A stretch of 64,000 nt of DNA from Candidatus Poribacteria bacterium (GTDB lineage: Bacteria > Poribacteria > WGA-4E > PCPOR2b): the NCBI GenBank assembly GCA_965208675.1, contig OZ242351.1, positions 4,448,001-4,512,000 of the forward strand, given 5' to 3'. Under the pieces are notes generated by a model, which was not told the DNA's origin, searched no databases, and saw only the letters and a list, made by a program, of their open reading frames with translations. Both the position numbers and the translations under genes were made by a program. Below are positions 47,878 to 58,379 of this stretch, piece by piece; position 1 is the first letter of the stretch; each line of letters starts with the position of its first letter.

Positions 47878-48384
47878 TTGAACGTCGTCAAACGAATCAA
47901 TACCCTCCTCGGAAACATTGAAACTGCATTGCTATGCCTGATTATCCTGTCAATCGTTGGATTGGGGATTCTCAAGATTGTTCTGCGGTACTTTTTTCAG
48001 ATTAGCCTCCTGTGGAACCAAGTTGTCTTGCAGCATTTCATATTGTGGTTAGCGTTCTTGGGCGCGTCGCTCGCCACGTGCGAAAACCGCCACATCAGTA
48101 TTGATGTCCTCACCCGCTACCTTCCGAAGCGCCTCGTACAATTTACCAACATCCTCGTTCATATTGTCAGCTTTGTTATCGTCTCCATCCTCGCTTATAC
48201 CGGCTTTGAATTCATCCGTGATGAGCAGGCGAGCGGCGCAACGCTCGCCGGCGTCATTCCAATTTGGTGGGCGAAGCTCATCATCCCTATAGGGTTTGTA
48301 TTGATAGCACTGCACTTTGCTCTCCACACCGTCATGGCGATTTTGAGCAAGACAAAAGGGGAAGTCTCATCATGGGAGCGTTGA
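47878..48384 (+). CDS. dctQ: TRAP transporter small permease (start uncertain)
   Basis: Four TM helices, WLAFLGASLA..RHISIDV. Confidence 0.85.
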   Translation: MNVVKRINTLLGNIETALLCLIILSIVGLGILKIVLRYFFQISLLWNQVVLQHFILWLAFLGASLATCENRHISIDVLTRYLPKRLVQFTNILVHIVSFVIVSILAYTGFEFIRDEQASGATLAGVIPIWWAKLIIPIGFVLIALHFALHTVMAILSKTKGEVSSWER

Positions 48385-49664
48385 TTGGGTCCGGCTTGGG
48401 CTTGTTTGCGCTCTTGGGCGGCGCGTTGTTTGTCCTGCTCGGCGGGTTGGCGATTCTCGGATATGCTGTGTCGGGCGATCCAATCAGCAGCATCATTATT
48501 GATCTCAATCGCCTGGCGCGAAATCCGACCATCATGACAATCCCGCTGTTCACTTTCGCCGGCTACGTGATGGCGGAGAGTAACGCACCCAAACGCCTCA
48601 TTGCACTGGCGCAAACAAGTGTCGGCTGGCTGCCCGGCGGTGTTGCCATGGTTGTGTTGGTGACATGCGCGTTTTTTACCACGTTCACTGGGGCATCAGG
48701 GGTGACAATCGTCGCGCTTGGCGGACTGCTTTTTCCAATCCTTCGGCAACATTACACTGAACAATTTTCACTTGGCATAATTACAACCTCGGGCAGCCTC
48801 GGACTGCTTTTCCCGCCGAGTATCCCGCTTATCCTCTATGCAATCATCGCCCAGGTTCCGATTGATTTGATGTTCTGCGCGGGGATTATCCCGGGATTTC
48901 TCCTAATACTGATTCTTGGCGGCTACTGTTCTGGATGGAGTCTCTTCAAAAGGGTCGAACATACGCCATTCGATTTGCGCACATTTGGAAGGGCGCTTCG
49001 GAATGCCTTGGGTGAGGTACTTCTACCGTTCATTGTACTCGGTTGCATTATATCGGGTATTGTCACAATTGATGAAGCTGCTGCACTAACGGCAATTTAT
49101 CTGTTGATTGTCGAGATGGTTATCCACCGCGACATTAGTATAAGGCAGTTACCGAAAATTGTGCGGGAGAGTATGCTGCTCGTCGGCGCCATTTTGATTA
49201 TTCTCGGCATCGCGCTGGGACTGACAAACTATCTGGTCACAATCGAATTGCCGAGTATCGCGCTAGACTGGATTCAAGGGCAGACACAAAACAAGATTGT
49301 CACGCTGATTGGGCTCAATCTTTTTCTGTTAGCTGTCGGATGCTTGATGGACATTTTCTCCGCAATTGTTATTATTGTTCCCCTGCTGATTCCGATTGCG
49401 GAGGGGTTCGGGATAGACAAAGCGCACCTTGGTATTATCGTGCTGACGAATCTGGAGATTGGTTACCTCACACCGCCCGTTGGCATGAACCTTTTCATCT
49501 CAAGCCTCAAGTTTGAAAAATCCGTTATTTCACTGTATCGATCTGTTTTGTTGTTTATCGGGTTGCTCCTATTCGCGCTGGTAATCGTCACCTACGTCCC
49601 CGAGTTGAGCTTGTGGCTGCCGCGGGTATTGGGAAAAACGTCCACGCCGCTGTTGATTGAATAA
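48372..49664 (+). CDS. dctM: TRAP transporter large permease
   Basis: IPLFTFAG, GSLGLLFPPSIPLI, YLTPPVGMNLF. Confidence 0.93.
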   Translation: MGALIGSGLGLFALLGGALFVLLGGLAILGYAVSGDPISSIIIDLNRLARNPTIMTIPLFTFAGYVMAESNAPKRLIALAQTSVGWLPGGVAMVVLVTCAFFTTFTGASGVTIVALGGLLFPILRQHYTEQFSLGIITTSGSLGLLFPPSIPLILYAIIAQVPIDLMFCAGIIPGFLLILILGGYCSGWSLFKRVEHTPFDLRTFGRALRNALGEVLLPFIVLGCIISGIVTIDEAAALTAIYLLIVEMVIHRDISIRQLPKIVRESMLLVGAILIILGIALGLTNYLVTIELPSIALDWIQGQTQNKIVTLIGLNLFLLAVGCLMDIFSAIVIIVPLLIPIAEGFGIDKAHLGIIVLTNLEIGYLTPPVGMNLFISSLKFEKSVISLYRSVLLFIGLLLFALVIVTYVPELSLWLPRVLGKTSTPLLIE

Positions 49665-49684
49665 CCTTCCATATATGCCAGGCC

Positions 49685-50995
49685 TCAACGAGAATTGGCG
49701 GGTGCGTCTTTCAGAATGTATTTGGGAGCTAGGGCGGTTAGCGTCAAGCCGCGCGCGACAGAATACAGCGTCAGCGCCAACCAGAGGCCATGGTTTCCGA
49801 GCGGTTTGAGCAAGTAATATGCTGGCAAGAAGACGACGAATGTTGAAGCGAGCATTGCGTTTCGCAACGGTTTTGAAGCGGTCGCGCCAATGAAGATCCC
49901 ATCCCAGAGGTATGCCGCGGCATTAATGATTGGCGTAAGGGCGACCCAAATCAAATATGGGAACGCACGTTTCACAATATCAGCTTTGTTTGTGAAGACA
50001 TACAGCAGCGGCTGCCCGAGCAATCCGTAAATTAGGCTGAATACCCCCGCCAGGCCTATTCCCCAGATAAATACATGTCGCACCGCTATTCTCAGGTTGC
50101 GGAATTCGACAGCGCCCTTGTATTTTCCGATAAGACTTTCCGCCGCAAACGCGAAACCATCAATGGCATAAGCCAGAAAATAAATGTACTGTAGAAGGAT
50201 AGTATTTACCGCTAGAATGATATCGCTCACGGCAGCCGATTTTGCGGTGAAAAACGTATGGGAGAAGACCAGACATATCGTGCGGACGAATATATCGCCG
50301 CTAATCGCGAAGAACCGTTTCAGATCGGGTAGGTACAATGCCTCTTTTAGATTCCATCCTTTCAACAGATTCCCATGTTTTATAACGAATAGAAGTACGG
50401 CACACGCCAGGCCAAGGTACTGAGCGATAACCGTCCCCAAGGCGACGCCGGGTGAACTCATCCCCATCGCCTTCACGAAGAACAGGTTGAGTCCAATATT
50501 CAGCACGTTCATCAGCACCGTGAGTATCATCGGATAACCGGCATTCTGGACACCTAAAAACCATCCGTGAAACACAAAAATACTCAAAGCCGCCGGGGCG
50601 GCGTAGATTCGGATATAAAAATATTGGCGGGCTAATTGTTCAACTTCGGTGCTGGCATTAATGAGATAGAAACTGATATTTGCGATGAACGGCTGAGTTA
50701 GGATTAGTGAAACGCTCACGGCAAGCGCAACGAACAAGCCTCTCGTAAGAATCAGGATGCTTTCTCTATGGTTATTCGCGCCGTGGGCTTGTGCTGTAAG
50801 TCCAGTTGTGCTCATTCTGAGGAATCCAAATCCCCAGTACAGCATGTTAAAAATGGCTGCCCCGATGGCAACCGCGCCCAAATGCCGCTCTGATTCTAGC
50901 CGCCCCATCAACGCTATGTCAACGGCGCCCAAGATTGGAACGGACAGGTTGCTGATGATATTGGGTACAGCCAATCGAATAATCTGCTTGTTCAT
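49685..50995 (-). CDS. MATE family efflux transporter (DinF-like)
   Basis: LAVPNIISNLSVPILGAVD, FLRMSTTGLTAQA, DGFAFAAE. Confidence 0.92.
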   Translation of the reverse strand: MNKQIIRLAVPNIISNLSVPILGAVDIALMGRLESERHLGAVAIGAAIFNMLYWGFGFLRMSTTGLTAQAHGANNHRESILILTRGLFVALAVSVSLILTQPFIANISFYLINASTEVEQLARQYFYIRIYAAPAALSIFVFHGWFLGVQNAGYPMILTVLMNVLNIGLNLFFVKAMGMSSPGVALGTVIAQYLGLACAVLLFVIKHGNLLKGWNLKEALYLPDLKRFFAISGDIFVRTICLVFSHTFFTAKSAAVSDIILAVNTILLQYIYFLAYAIDGFAFAAESLIGKYKGAVEFRNLRIAVRHVFIWGIGLAGVFSLIYGLLGQPLLYVFTNKADIVKRAFPYLIWVALTPIINAAAYLWDGIFIGATASKPLRNAMLASTFVVFLPAYYLLKPLGNHGLWLALTLYSVARGLTLTALAPKYILKDAPANSR

Positions 50996-51082
50996 TTCAT
51001 GATGCTGATAGTTGCAAAGGGGGTAGCCGTAGTCGAGATGTAAGTTCTTGAGGATATACCGGCAGCCGCACGGCCGCGAGAT

Positions 51083-51688
51083 TCAACTAATTTTTTTGGC
51101 TGCGAGTATTCCGTATTCTACATTGTACACCTTTGTTTTCCACGCCGATGAAGCCTCCAGATACGGTTTTAGTAATCTTCCCTTGTCCCCCCATAATACA
51201 TCATCAACTATAATTATGGCGTTCTCGCCGAAGAGATTTTCGACAGCCTTGAACTCCTTCCAGATATGATTGCCATCATTGACAGAATCAAATAAGGCAA
51301 AGTGAATTGCCTCGAAGGCATGCGCTTCAACCATCTCTGTCAAGTTTTCAACCGAATCGCCTTCAACGTAGTTAATGTGCTGGTTGTAGTCCACACACAA
51401 TTCTTGACAAACCGCAATGTGCTCGCTGCTAATCTCGAACGTGTAGAAATCACCCCGCCCCATTAACACCGAAGCGATGGCTAAAGTGCTCTCGGTGCCT
51501 TCATCGGCATCCCGAATACAACCAGTTTCAATAATTACCGGGTGAGGTGTACTGTCAAGCACTTCTAACAAATGTCTCTCAAGAATTGACCTGTGCGCGC
51601 GCATATGCTGCCGCAACCCTAGTTTATGAAGAGTAAGATGCAGCGCTTTCCAAGTTCTGTTTGCCAATCGACTTTTTCTGATCGACAT
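51083..51688 (-). CDS. Class I SAM-dependent methyltransferase-like protein
   Basis: IIETGC, GDSVE, ALFDS, IIVDD. Confidence 0.7.
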   Translation of the reverse strand: MSIRKSRLANRTWKALHLTLHKLGLRQHMRAHRSILERHLLEVLDSTPHPVIIETGCIRDADEGTESTLAIASVLMGRGDFYTFEISSEHIAVCQELCVDYNQHINYVEGDSVENLTEMVEAHAFEAIHFALFDSVNDGNHIWKEFKAVENLFGENAIIIVDDVLWGDKGRLLKPYLEASSAWKTKVYNVEYGILAAKKIS

Positions 51689-51747
51689 ATTTTGAGTCTC
51701 CTCTTTGGGGTGCTAAATCGCCGTCTTGCAATTGTACCCGATACTTC

Positions 51748-53460
51748 CTATTTTATCGCTGTGTTTGGATTTTTCGTCCGCTTGACAGCCGCTTTAATGA
51801 GAACAAAAGAGATTATTAGGACGATTAGCAGGACCCCGGTGATTCCTTTCACGAATGCAAAGGCTTTTTGCTTTTTGACATATTCCAAGGTAGCTTGCGC
51901 CTCTTCATTATTGGCGTCTAAGGTTAGCGCGGCTTTAAGATGTATTGCTGATTTCTTGTAATTCCGATTCTTGAGGTAGACGTGCCCTAAGCTGTTATGC
52001 GCTTGAGCGTTTTTCGGGTTCATCTCTAGCAGTTTTTGATATGTTAGAATTGCGCCGTCTAAGTCTTCGGCTAAGCGTTTTTGCCAGCCAGCTTGCGACA
52101 AGGCTGCTTCCAGATTTTGGCTGGCATGCCAACTATCCGGGTGGTACTCCAACGACCGTTCATAGCAACGTATCGCACTCGTCCAATCTTCGTCGCGCGC
52201 CTGTTGTGCGCCTAAATTATTCAATGTCGATGCAATGCCCGCTCGCACGGCTGCGTCATGGGAATCAATCTCCAATGCACGGAGAAAAATTTCCAAAGCC
52301 TTTCGATAATCTCCTGCCGCATCGTAAGTAACGGCGAGATCCTGCAGCAGAATATTGGAGTACGGATACCGCGTAAGCCCGTCATTCAGGCGGTTGATTG
52401 CCGGTGAAAACTGCTTTGCCTGCAGTAGTTGAATTCCCCACCGGTGGTAAGTTGCCAAGAGGTTATTGTTCAGCTCGGACGAATCGGGAGCAAGCCGTAA
52501 CGCACGCTGAAAGAAGTTCACTGCCTGACTGAATTCGCCTTGAAGCACCGAAATGCTGCCGAGAGCTCCAAACACTTCAGCGGTGGGTTTTGTGCGTGAC
52601 GCAATTTTATAATGCGCAATAGCCAAGTCATACATCCCCTTCGATTGGAAGATTTGAGCGAGTTGAACTGCAGAAATATGGAAGGATGGATTAATCTCAA
52701 GGGCTTTTTGAAATGCATCAATGGCTGCGTGATAATCGCCGAGATCGGCCTGAACCATTCCAAGCGCGTAGTAGGTGTGGGCTGTGGATGGCGAAGTTTT
52801 TATTTCTTCTTGAAGTACGCTGATAGCCTTGCCGTGAAAAGATGTGTTTAGAGGTGTTTCTCGCACCTTCATCCATGTCGCCGTATCTCGTGCTGTCGGC
52901 TCTTGAGCGGTCGCAGCGAAATACATCACATCATTTGGGTTATCACTGTGTCCCCACAATCCAATGGCGTGCCCAATCTCATGCAGCATCACGGCCTGCA
53001 CCACATTCGGCGAGAGTAATTCCAGTTTCGTGTCGTTCTGTAGAAATATCTCAATTTCGACATGAAATCCGTCCGCGTTTCGGATTAATACCGCCTCACC
53101 GATATTCTTATACATCCCGGCTCGACCTCGCTGATGAACCCACTTGATACGAATATCTGCCGCCGCCGGGGTTGGCAAAATCCGAAATTGTAGATGCCCT
53201 TTGGTTGCCGCACGCCATAAGTCTAGAGATTGATTCAGCGCATGACGGTAGACCTCTGCTAAATCCGGCGCAAGTGGAATCGCTTCCGTATAGACTGATA
53301 TTATTTCCTGGTCAAACCGCGTCAGACGCCCATTGGAAGCGGTGGTAATTCGATCAAAATAGTCATCCGCACCGACAGCATTTCCAATGAGGATATACAC
53401 AACAGATGTAATTAGTCCTAAAATCCGCGAATCCTGAATTTCGTAAAAACGGTTTGCCAT
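51748..53460 (-). CDS. M10/matrixin-type zinc metalloprotease with TPR repeats and a C-terminal membrane anchor
   Basis: HEIGHAIGLWGHS..DVMY metzincin motif, multiple TPRs, hydrophobic N- and C-terminal segments. Confidence 0.88.
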   Translation of the reverse strand: MANRFYEIQDSRILGLITSVVYILIGNAVGADDYFDRITTASNGRLTRFDQEIISVYTEAIPLAPDLAEVYRHALNQSLDLWRAATKGHLQFRILPTPAAADIRIKWVHQRGRAGMYKNIGEAVLIRNADGFHVEIEIFLQNDTKLELLSPNVVQAVMLHEIGHAIGLWGHSDNPNDVMYFAATAQEPTARDTATWMKVRETPLNTSFHGKAISVLQEEIKTSPSTAHTYYALGMVQADLGDYHAAIDAFQKALEINPSFHISAVQLAQIFQSKGMYDLAIAHYKIASRTKPTAEVFGALGSISVLQGEFSQAVNFFQRALRLAPDSSELNNNLLATYHRWGIQLLQAKQFSPAINRLNDGLTRYPYSNILLQDLAVTYDAAGDYRKALEIFLRALEIDSHDAAVRAGIASTLNNLGAQQARDEDWTSAIRCYERSLEYHPDSWHASQNLEAALSQAGWQKRLAEDLDGAILTYQKLLEMNPKNAQAHNSLGHVYLKNRNYKKSAIHLKAALTLDANNEEAQATLEYVKKQKAFAFVKGITGVLLIVLIISFVLIKAAVKRTKNPNTAIK

Positions 53461-53640
53461 AGCTTGGACTTTCGCGCGCCTTAGCGTTTTTGCATTTCGC
53501 CTCTCTGTCTTCTGGGTTTTACACTTGTTGACTCCACGCCGCAGTTGCCCGTTGTCAGTCGTACACCATCAATCAGTGAATTGCAATGGTATCACTTTGA
53601 TTCGTCCTTTGTCAATTGTCTTTCATTAGACAAAAATGGA

Positions 53641-53669
53641 TTGACAGCGGATTGGCGCATTGCTATAAT
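53641..53669 (+). promoter_or_regulatory. Consensus sigma70 promoter
   Basis: TTGACA-17 nt-TATAAT with extended TG. Confidence 0.7.
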
Positions 53670-53828
53670 GCAAATTCTTGAGTGGGTGAGTAGTGAGAAT
53701 CATGAAACGGTCTAAAATGGCTACTGTAGCCTTCACTTTACAAAAACCACCGGTACAGCAAGTTTTTGCAGCGGGTGCAAGATTATATCAAAAACAAGCG
53801 TGGGACGTGAGGTTAGAACGATAACGCT

Positions 53829-54791
53829 ATGAAAATTTTAGTCCGCTTGTCTCTTGTTGGTAATTTCCGGCACTTGGTTCGGGACGCTGCTGGCGATAAT
53901 ACTGTTGTGTTTGCAAATTCAGACGCAGACTCGCTCCATATCGAAGGCGTTGACGCGGAAGTTTATTGCGGGAATTGCAGTGAAGCGGAATTTCAACATC
54001 TGCCCAATGTGAAGTGGATGCAGTTCGGCAGTGCGGGGATGGATGCCTTTTTGTATCCCGCACTCCGGAACAGCGATGTGATCGTGACAAATGGCGCGGG
54101 GCTGTACGGACCAGAAGGCGCAGAACACGCGTTCGCGCTGCTGCTCAGTTTGACGAGGGGCATTCATCACTGCGCGCGTAATCAGACCAATCCCCCCGCT
54201 GACAATCCATCAATTCAATGCGGCAGAGTTTGGGGGACGGAAATTAACGGCTGGACGCTTGGGGTTATTGGTATAGGCGGGTTTGGGCTAAACATGGCAA
54301 GAATCGGCAAAGGTTTTAATATGCGCGTCATTGCCGTAGATGCATACCGCACCGATAAACCAGACGCCGTCGATGAACTAACCCCGTTGGACGGGCTTTC
54401 AGACTTGATGCGCAGCGCCGATGTAGTGATGACTGCTTGCCCGTTAACAGCGGAGACTCACCATCTGATTAATGCTGACAATTTAGCGCTGATGAAACCA
54501 ACGGCCTATGTAATCAATGTCACTCGCGGCGGGGTAATCGACGAGTCTGCCCTTATTGAAGCCCTTAAAGAGGGTAAGATTGCCGGTGCGGGGCTAGACG
54601 TTGTTGAAATTGAGCCGCTAGCTGAAGACAGCCCGCTTCGAAATATGGATAATGTCGTCCTTTCTCCTCACTGGGCTGGCATTTCGCAGCAGTCGCCGCA
54701 TCGGTTCGCCGCGTTGTTTTGCGAGAATCTGAGGCGGTATTTAAACGGTGAACCGTTGAAAAACGTCGTAGATAAACAGCTCGGATTTTAG
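53829..54791 (+). CDS. D-2-hydroxyacid dehydrogenase
   Basis: GIGGFG, INVTRGGVIDE, LDVVEIEP, SPHWAG. Confidence 0.92.
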   Translation: MKILVRLSLVGNFRHLVRDAAGDNTVVFANSDADSLHIEGVDAEVYCGNCSEAEFQHLPNVKWMQFGSAGMDAFLYPALRNSDVIVTNGAGLYGPEGAEHAFALLLSLTRGIHHCARNQTNPPADNPSIQCGRVWGTEINGWTLGVIGIGGFGLNMARIGKGFNMRVIAVDAYRTDKPDAVDELTPLDGLSDLMRSADVVMTACPLTAETHHLINADNLALMKPTAYVINVTRGGVIDESALIEALKEGKIAGAGLDVVEIEPLAEDSPLRNMDNVVLSPHWAGISQQSPHRFAALFCENLRRYLNGEPLKNVVDKQLGF

Positions 54792-55057
54792 AAATAACCG
54801 GCGGGAATTTTTCCCCTTGTGCACGTCCCTCCTACCGCCCTCATACCCAGACCAACAAGCGCTACTGCCATGGCTGCACCAATCCGCGGTTTCAGGCATC
54901 CGGATTTATTTTCTAGGCGGTGATCCAGGAATTCGCTATTGAAATCCTACCTTGATAAAATTCTAACTAAACAACCAGTATGCCCATTTTTGAGTTTGAA
55001 AAATGTATGATAAATTTTGGAAATAAAAAAAATGTAATTTGATGAGGAGAAAATCGC

Positions 55058-56125
55058 GTGGCAGAGATGAAAGTAAAGCCCCAGTGTGTAAAAGACTTCT
55101 GCGTGTGCGCCTTAGAAAAGGCCGGGATGGCATCCGACGACTCTCGCATCGCTGCAGAGGTGCTTGTAACCGCGGACATGAGGGGAACCACAACGCACGG
55201 CACCATCGGATTAAGAGGGTATATCAGGCAGATACGGGAAGGCGGAATGAACCCCAAAGCCGTTATCGAAATTGTTCGCGGTGGGCCGACATGGGCGGTT
55301 ATAGACGGACACGCTGGATTGGGCGTGGTGACATCGTTCAAGGCGACGCAGCTCGCAATAGCCAAAGCAAAATCAAATACTGTTGGCATGGTTTGGGTCA
55401 AAAACAGCAACCACTTCGCGGCAGCCGGGTATTACGCCAAGATGTGCGCTGAAGCGGACATGATTGGATTGGCGATGACAAACGCAGACATTTCGCTCAG
55501 CGCTCCGGGTTCCGCGGGCCGGGTCATCGGAAATAACGCGTTTGCTTACGGAGCGCCGGCGGGAGCGGCGCCCCCGGTCAATCTGGATATTGCGATGGGT
55601 GTGGTCGCCGGCGGCAAGGTACACGCCGCCGCAAGAGAGGGCAAAAGTATTCCGTTGGGATGGGCAATAGACCGTCAAGGGGTGCCTACGACCGACCCCA
55701 AAAAGTATGAGGAGGAAGGCGGCGCAACGGTTCCCTTGGCGGGGCATAAGGGTTTTGGACTGGCGCTGCTGATCGAAATTCTCGCCGGCGTCATGACGGG
55801 CGGCGGGATACGGACGGAATTGAAATCTTACGCCCAACATCCCGAAAGCCCAAGCGATATAGGGCACTTCTTTATGGCTATCGACACTGGGCCCATCATG
55901 CCGATTGAGGAATTCAAAGTCCGCATGGATAGTTTGATAACTGGAATTAGCTCGTCGCCCAAAGCGCAGGGGGTGGACCGCATTTGTCTCCCGGGTGAAA
56001 TGGAATATGAACGGGAAGAAAAAGCAAAAACAGAGGGATTCGTTCTTGATGACGGTGCAATGGCCAATCTCAAAGGGTTGGCACAGGATTTGGGGTTGGA
56101 AGACGTAGGATTCTGGCATCAATAG
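55058..56125 (+). CDS. Ldh_2-family (malate/L-lactate/L-sulfolactate/ureidoglycolate) oxidoreductase
   Basis: ADMRGTTTHG, NSNHF, GNNAFA, GHKGFGL, LPGE. Confidence 0.9.
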   Translation: MAEMKVKPQCVKDFCVCALEKAGMASDDSRIAAEVLVTADMRGTTTHGTIGLRGYIRQIREGGMNPKAVIEIVRGGPTWAVIDGHAGLGVVTSFKATQLAIAKAKSNTVGMVWVKNSNHFAAAGYYAKMCAEADMIGLAMTNADISLSAPGSAGRVIGNNAFAYGAPAGAAPPVNLDIAMGVVAGGKVHAAAREGKSIPLGWAIDRQGVPTTDPKKYEEEGGATVPLAGHKGFGLALLIEILAGVMTGGGIRTELKSYAQHPESPSDIGHFFMAIDTGPIMPIEEFKVRMDSLITGISSSPKAQGVDRICLPGEMEYEREEKAKTEGFVLDDGAMANLKGLAQDLGLEDVGFWHQ

Positions 56126-56174
56126 GCAAGATGTCAATTCCCACCGCATCGTAAACAGAAAAGAGGTCTGTTTA

Positions 56175-56975
56175 ATGGCTGTAAATTACACCGTGAGACT
56201 AAATTTGAATTTTTTCATCCTTTGCCAGTTGGCTTTGATGTTTCTAGTTGCGACGCAATCGCCATCGCCGGCGAATGAACAGAGTGCAGACATTGATGTC
56301 AAAGTTATCATCCGTGCGGTCGATGAACTCTATCGGAGTCAGACCAGCCGTGCGGATATTGAGATGCAGATTGTTACGCCCCATTGGGAAAGAGCTTTGG
56401 CTTTGAAAGTTTGGACAAAGGGGATGGATCGGACGTTCATCTTGATTACATCACCCAAAAAAGAGAAGGGCGTTGCCACCTTGCGGATTGGAAATGAAAT
56501 GTGGAATTATCTTCCCAAAACCAACAAGGTGATGAAAGTGCCGCCGTCAATGATGATGGGATCTTGGATGGGTTCTGACTTCACGAATGACGACCTTGTC
56601 AAAGAGTCATCGATGCTCAATGACTACACCTACGAACTCATCACACCGAGGGATGCCCAACCTAACCATCTCTACATTCAGTTGCTGCCAAAGGAAGATT
56701 CACCGATTGTCTGGGGCAAACTTATCGTCGCAATCCGAGAGAGCGATAAGATTCCGATTTGGCAGCATTTTTATGACGAAACGGACCGTCTGACACGAGT
56801 TCTGAACTTTAAAGAGGTCGAATCATTCAACGGAAAGACCATACCTTCAGTGATGGAGATGATACCACAGAACAGAGAGGGACACAAAACCGTTGTAAGA
56901 TTTGTAGATGCCGCATTTGACACGGAGATTGACGAAAAAATCTTCACCCGCCGAAACCTCCAGAAGCAGAGATAG
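56175..56975 (+). CDS. LolA-like outer membrane lipoprotein-sorting protein
   Basis: Signal peptide; SPKKEKGVATL, MWNYLP, SWMGSDFTNDDL. Confidence 0.88.
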   Translation: MAVNYTVRLNLNFFILCQLALMFLVATQSPSPANEQSADIDVKVIIRAVDELYRSQTSRADIEMQIVTPHWERALALKVWTKGMDRTFILITSPKKEKGVATLRIGNEMWNYLPKTNKVMKVPPSMMMGSWMGSDFTNDDLVKESSMLNDYTYELITPRDAQPNHLYIQLLPKEDSPIVWGKLIVAIRESDKIPIWQHFYDETDRLTRVLNFKEVESFNGKTIPSVMEMIPQNREGHKTVVRFVDAAFDTEIDEKIFTRRNLQKQR

Positions 56976-57082
56976 CTTGCGGGCATATATGTATAAATCA
57001 ACATGCGAGTTTTTATGTTTCATTGCTAAACTGGCTTTTATACCGCTTACGCATTACTTTTTACGCATTATTATTTTGCGTT

Positions 57083-58300
57083 ATGATGACACTCAAGATT
57101 GCATTCCGCAATATCTTCCGTCAAAAACGACGCACCATATTAACCGCACTTGCGATGATTGTCGGATTTGCACTCTCGTCCGTGTTCATAGGATGGTCCG
57201 ATGGCGCGTATTCCGATATAATCGAGATGTTTACGAAGAACCGCATCGGGCATATTCAGGTGCATCAACGTGGTTATCTTGATAAACCCTCGCTCTACAA
57301 AACGATGGACGACTACGAATCAGTCGGAGAAACCATCGGGCGTGTGAAGGGCGTAGCGGCGTGGACGCCGCGGGTGTATTCAGCGGGGCTTGGTTCGGTC
57401 GGCGAAAAAAGCACCGCTGTGCAAATTATCGGGGTTGATGCGGCGCGTGAAGTCGAAGCAACCCGATTTGACAAGAAAATTATTGATGGCAGAAAATTCT
57501 CGGTGCAGCCTGCGCGTGAAGCGGTATTGGGCAAAGGGCTTGCACGGGTGCTTTCTGCAACGGTCGGCGGCGAAATCGTGATTGTTTCGCAGGGCGCCGA
57601 CGGTTCAATCGCCAATGAACTGTATGAGATTGTTGGGATTGCAGAAAGCGTCGACGACATTACGGATCGGACGGCGTGTTATCTGCACATCGGAGACGCG
57701 CAGGGGTTACTTGTGCTTGAAGGGCGCTGCCACGAAATTGTCGTGATTGTGTCCAACATCAGTCGAGTCCACAAAATCACGAAAGCAATTGAAGCCAATC
57801 TTAATGATTCGATGCTCGATGTTTCCCCTTGGCAGGTGGTCGCCAAAGCTTTCTATCGGGCGATGCAGGCGGACAAGCAGGGAGATGCCATCGGACGGAT
57901 TATCATCATGCTCATCGTCGCTATCGGTGTGTTGAATACGGTGCTGATGTCGGTGCTGGAGAGGACAAGCGAATACGGTGTGTTAAGGGCGGTCGGAACG
58001 AAATCGGCGCAAATCTTTTGGTTGGTGATTTGTGAAGTGCTCATCATTGCCCTCGGCAGCATCGCTGTCGGCGCTTTACTCGGTGCTTCAATCAACCATC
58101 TACTTTCGATATACGGTATTACCATGCCCCAGGAGTTTACTTACGGCGGTATCAAATTTCAGACGATGTACGCCGAGGTTAATGCAAGAAGCCTCATTAT
58201 TCCTGCAATTACCGTTGTTCTCGCGGCAGCGGTTGTCAGTCTGTTTCCGGCGCTGACGGCGGCGCGCATTCTGCCGGCGAGGGCGATGCGAGCGAATTGA
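57083..58300 (+). CDS. ABC transporter permease (LolE/MacB-FtsX type)
   Basis: IAFRNIFRQKRRT, GHIQV, NTVLMSVLERTSEYGVLRAVG. Confidence 0.9.
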   Translation: MMTLKIAFRNIFRQKRRTILTALAMIVGFALSSVFIGWSDGAYSDIIEMFTKNRIGHIQVHQRGYLDKPSLYKTMDDYESVGETIGRVKGVAAWTPRVYSAGLGSVGEKSTAVQIIGVDAAREVEATRFDKKIIDGRKFSVQPAREAVLGKGLARVLSATVGGEIVIVSQGADGSIANELYEIVGIAESVDDITDRTACYLHIGDAQGLLVLEGRCHEIVVIVSNISRVHKITKAIEANLNDSMLDVSPWQVVAKAFYRAMQADKQGDAIGRIIIMLIVAIGVLNTVLMSVLERTSEYGVLRAVGTKSAQIFWLVICEVLIIALGSIAVGALLGASINHLLSIYGITMPQEFTYGGIKFQTMYAEVNARSLIIPAITVVLAAAVVSLFPALTAARILPARAMRAN

Positions 58301-58314
58301 AGCCAGTAATCAGC

Positions 58315-58341
58315 AACCGAGTTTTTGCCGAAAACTCGGTT
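58315..58341. repeat. Intergenic palindrome (REP-like hairpin)
   Basis: AACCGAGTTTT-TGCCG-AAAACTCGGTT between the two permease genes. Confidence 0.55.
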
Positions 58342-58379
58342 TCTCTTATCACGTTCATCAAATTTCACGGCGTAAAATC

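Noticed and set aside
53461-53580. Riboswitch upstream of the protease gene
   Set aside because: Only fragmentary resemblance to ZTP or c-di-GMP motifs; conserved cores are absent.
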